A DNA stretch of 64,000 bases, taken from positions 5,332,001-5,396,000 of the forward strand of contig CATNEN010000025.1 of NCBI GenBank assembly GCA_950097015.1. The letters are read 5' to 3'. The position numbers were made by a program, and so were the translations under genes. Below the pieces are notes generated by a model. That model was not told the DNA's origin and did no database searches. It worked only from the letters and a program-made list of their open reading frames with translations. The DNA is from Macrostomum hystrix. Lineage: Eukaryota > Animalia > Platyhelminthes. Each line of letters opens with the position of its first letter. Positions within the stretch are counted from its first letter, which is position 1. This document shows positions 60,045-64,000 of this stretch, in pieces.

Positions 60045-61215
60045 ATCTTTCCTAGGCCGAAATCTTTCCCTAAACCCGAAATCTTTTCTCCAACCAAAAA
60101 TATTTTCCCTAACCCGAAATATTCTCCCCAACCCGAAATCTTCTCCCCAACCCGAAATATTTTCCCCAACCCGAAATATTTTCCCTCACCCGAAATATTC
60201 TCCCCAACCCGAAATCCCACAACCCGAAATCTTCTCCCCAACCCGAAATATTTTCCCCAACCCGAAATATTTTCCCTCACCCGAAATATTCTCCCCAACC
60301 CGAAATATTTTCCCCAACCCGAAATATTTTCCCTCACCCGAAATATTCTCCCCAACCCGAAATCCCACAACCCGAAATCTTCTCCCCAACCCGAAATATT
60401 TTCCCCAACCCGAAATATTTTCCCTCACCCGAAATATTCTCCCCAACCCGAAATCCCACAACCCGAAATCTTCTCCCCAACCCGAAATATTTTCCCCAAC
60501 CCGAAATCTTTTCCCTCACCCGAAATATTCTCCCCAACCCGAAATCCCACAACCCGAAATCTTCTCCCCAACCCGAAATCTTCTCCCCAACCCGAAATCT
60601 TTTCCCTCACCCGAAATATTCTCCCCAAACCGAAATCCCACAACCCGAAATCTTCTCCCCAACCCGAAATATTTTCCCCAACCCGAAATCTTTTCCCTCA
60701 CCCGAAATATTCTCCCCAAACCGAAATCCCACAACCCGAAATCTTCTCCCCAACCCGAAATCTTCTCCCCAACCTGAAATATTTCCCTAACCCGAAATCT
60801 TCTCCCCAATCCGAAATCTTTTCCCTAACCCGAAATATTCTCCCCAACCCGAAATCCCACAACCCGAAATCTTCTCCCCAACCCGAAATCTTTTCCCCAA
60901 CCCGAAATATTTTCCCCAACCCGAAATATTTTCCCAAACCCGAAATCTTCTCCCCAACCCGAAATATTTCCCTAACCCGAAATCTTCTCCCCAATCCGAA
61001 ATCCCCCAACCCGAAATCCCCCAACCCGAAATCCCCCAACCCGAAATCCCCCAACCCGAAATCCCCCAACCCAAAATCCCCCAACCCGAAATCCCCCAAC
61101 CCGAAATCTTCCTCAACCCGAAATATTCTCCCAAACCCGAAATCTTCTCCTAAACCCGAAATCTTCTCCCCAACCCGAAATCTTCTCCCCAACCCGAAAT
61201 CTTCTCCCCAACCTG
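60045..61215. repeat. Complex ~19-bp-based minisatellite AACCCGAAAT(ATT/CTT)..CCCC with higher-order repeats
   Basis: Recurring AACCCGAAAT core with variable 11-20 bp periodicity. Confidence 0.93.
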
Positions 61216-61844
61216 AAATCGTTACCAATCAGAAATTTTCTTCCATTCCGTTATCTATTCAAGATTCTTCCCAAACAAAATCTCCTAAAACCCGAAATCC
61301 TCAACTTGAAAATTATCTTCCCCTAAAGCCAAAAGCCTGAAAGCGAAATCCTAAAGCCTCAGCCAAATTATCCGCCCACGCACAAGAACAAGCAAACGCA
61401 CAAAGGGCCGCCCTGAACATCTCTCTATTCTCCGTCTATTTCGTTAGGGTTATTCTGTTTTTTTTGCTCGCAACCTTCTACAGATCGTCCTCCGAAAAAA
61501 TCATTCAGGAGCTTTTGATGATACCGAATTCGTTCTAAAGCGGGACTAGAACTCCGACTCTGAGCTCAGACTACAGTCGACTCAAGACAAGTTTCCAATA
61601 TTCTCGAGCAGCCCACCTTGACTAATTCAATTGGGACTTTTTCCCTCATCATCTCCTCCCTCTTTCCTAGCTAATTAAGGAGCCCGCGATAGTGTTTTAT
61701 AGGATTTTTCACAACAAATTCTGGGTCTCGACTGAGCATGGTAATCAGATCTGTTTGGAATACCACAGTTTTTATGTATACTCTCGCTTATACTCCACGA
61801 CAGTCAGAGCTTTGAACTCTTTGGCATCATTTCCATGACAGTCG

Positions 61845-62040
61845 GACACATCAGTGTCTGATGGATTGTGTATTGACAGTCGGACATCAGTGTCTGATGG
61901 ATTGTGTATTGACAGTCGGACATCAGTGTCTGATGGATTGTGTATTGACAGTCGGACATCAGTGTCTGATGGATTGTGTATTGACAGTCGGACATCAGTG
62001 TCTGATGGATTGTGTATTGACAGTCGGACATCAGTGTCAG
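61845..62040. repeat. 36-bp tandem repeat x5 GACAGTCGGACATCAGTGTCTGATGGATTGTGTATT
   Basis: Near-identical units. Confidence 0.95.
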
Positions 62041-62884
62041 ATGAATCGGGTGGATTTAAGGGTTTCATTAATTTCAGTTTTAGCAATTGAAGAAATATGA
62101 GACACTCTCTGCCCATCTCTTGGCGATGATCAAAGTGAAAATTAATTGGCGAATTCATGGCCAGATGATTTACAAGGAATTATTCAAATAACTAATTCTC
62201 CCAAAGGAAAGTATCTTTAACTAAAGCCGGCAAACACCTGTAATTTAGTCTGCAATCAACACAGAAAATAATTTTCTTCATCCGGGCGTGACTAATAGCC
62301 CGTTCGTACGAAAAACCCGCGCTAAAAATAGACCATAGGCAAGGGCAGTGCGCGTAGCAACAGAGGTAAAGGTGCAAGAATCTTATTGACCTGTGTTGGG
62401 CGGGTATAGTGTCTCGAGAGAATTTGCTGAGTTGAAAGCAATATTGACATATGGGGACTCGCAGTGTGCAGTCGGGTCACGGCTAGTGAACAACGTTGAC
62501 GGCCGACTGTCAGCTGTCAACAGTAATCGGACACATATGGCTGTCTTAGTAACAGTTTTAACTAATCGATAAGGGAAGTTTCTCTTTTAGTAATTCTACT
62601 CCGGGGTCGCTATAGTTCATACTGTCTCCGATAGTGCGCAGAGCTAATTTTCTGTGAAACTAATTTTCTGTAAAACAGTGAAACTACGCGCCATGTTAGC
62701 TACTAAATTGTCACACTGTCGAGATTTTCAGCGTTCAGAAATCATAACGTTCAGACGCGAAAAGTATCTCTTGCGGCGAAACGATACATTTTTCGAATAG
62801 TAAAACTGTCTAACCTGTCAGAACGTCCATCGAAACTATCAAAACATCGAAGAGGCCAGAACGTCTTTTTAGCTAGAGGTTTTG

Positions 62885-63030
62885 ATTCAGTTCCGGTGGT
62901 TTTGAGGTAGTTCTAGTGGTTTTGAGGTAGTTCCAGTGGTTTTGAGGTAGTTCCAGTGGTTTTGAGGTAGTTCCAGTGGTTTAGAGTTAGTTCCAGTGGT
63001 TTTGAGTTAGTTTCAGTGGTTTTGAGGCAG
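62885..63030. repeat. 20-bp tandem repeat GTTCCAGTGGTTTTGAGGTA
   Basis: About 7 units. Confidence 0.9.
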
Positions 63031-63579
63031 TTCTGAGATGTCAATCAAACGTGCCTTTCACCGATTTTCCAAGGACTTCAGTCTTCATGTGGCTATGTGT
63101 CGTTGCTTGGATAAAAGGACATCACTAGATTGCCTTTATACTCCTTAACAAAAGGTATCTGGATCCCATCTACCTTAGCTTGCACAACACCACGCACTTA
63201 GCTTGAGTGGATAGCTCCCACACCATCCTGGGGCTCTGTTTCTATTTGAAAACTTCCCTGTTAATCTTTCTCTATTCACCCAGCCTCCACTTCATCCATT
63301 AGTACGAAAAAGCGGGAAGTTGTCCCGCATTAGACCGTAGGTTGGCTTTCCGAGCCGGCCCCATCCCGCCATCCCTCCAGTGAGAGAAGCGACCAGTTCT
63401 CATTGGCTCCAGTCTCCCAAAGTCATCCCTGAGATCGTCTGACACAGGCTAGTTTGTTGGGTTTCAATTTGAGCCCGTGGGATAAAAACGCAGTTAAGTC
63501 TCTCTCACTATATATCTCTATCTGTCTCTCGCCCAGGGTTTCGGAGAGTCGGCCGCCTGACATCTCGCCCCGATCCCGA

Positions 63580-64000
63580 ATGGTTCTGTCCGTGTGCTCA
63601 CATCCAAGCCTGTGGCTTGACAGCCCGACAGCGTCCCAGCTGGCTGGCAAGGTCAGCATCCTGCTGCTCATGCTGCTGGTCATTCTGGAGACTGTGCTAG
63701 GCAACTCCCTGGTCGTGTCGTCGGTTGTAAAATTTCGTCGACTCCGTTCGCAGCGATGCTTTCACCTGCTGGCTTCGCTAGCTACAGCCGACATCGCCAT
63801 CGCCGTCATCGTGATGATCGCCTCCAGTGTCTACATATTCCTGCGCTGTTGGCCGTTCGGCGATTTCTTCTGCAAATTTTTTCTCTCGTCCGACATCATG
63901 TGCTGCACGGCTAGCATCTTGCACCTGTGCCTAATTAGCGTCGACCGGTACATTGCCGTCAATCGTCCGTTGCGCTACAAACTGATCGTACAACCACGTC
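63580..64000 (+). CDS. Class A biogenic-amine GPCR, N-terminal part (TM1-TM3), runs off the window; absent from the ORF track
   Basis: ATG at 63580; GNSLVV (TM1), SLATAD (TM2), WPFG..FC, SSDIMCCTASILHLCLISVDRYIAV with the amine-binding TM3 Asp and DRY motif. Confidence 0.92.
   Translation, partial: MVLSVCSHPSLWLDSPTASQLAGKVSILLLMLLVILETVLGNSLVVSSVVKFRRLRSQRCFHLLASLATADIAIAVIVMIASSVYIFLRCWPFGDFFCKFFLSSDIMCCTASILHLCLISVDRYIAVNRPLRYKLIVQPR

Noticed and set aside
57681-61340. Pro/Ser-rich and Trp/Gly-rich ORFs of 400-700 aa
   Set aside because: Products of 20-bp and ~19-bp arrays read in all frames; no unique coding content.

Overview
Eukaryotic (animal) genomic DNA with spliced genes, GC-rich exons, AT-rich spacers and an exceptional load of minisatellites. 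The style (polyQ/polyA/polyG-rich exons, nearly every large intron filled by its own 14-36 bp tandem array) suggests a free-living flatworm such as Macrostomum; this is an inference, not a lookup. Genes reconstructed by hand from GT-AG sites with matching intron phases: an SGSM1/2-type RUN-TBC RabGAP (minus, 13 exons, last exon off the left edge), a divergent Na+/K+-ATPase beta-like gene, IQCH, an orphan Ala/Ser/Gly-rich gene, an intronless 161-aa orphan ORF, fibrillarin, a 5-exon ~1017-aa gene, and the start of a biogenic-amine GPCR. The 5-exon gene joins a myristoylation-type N-terminus, a Pro/Tyr adaptor region, a CARD-like domain and RI-type LRRs, with no NACHT; it is the best candidate for an undescribed system. 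Mobile DNA: an intact DD34D mariner with perfect 29-bp TIRs and TA TSD, at least three tRNA-derived SINE-like families, and MITE-like inverted repeats, one carrying four p53-type decamers. Almost all very long ORFs in the supplied track are artefacts of stop-free tandem repeats.
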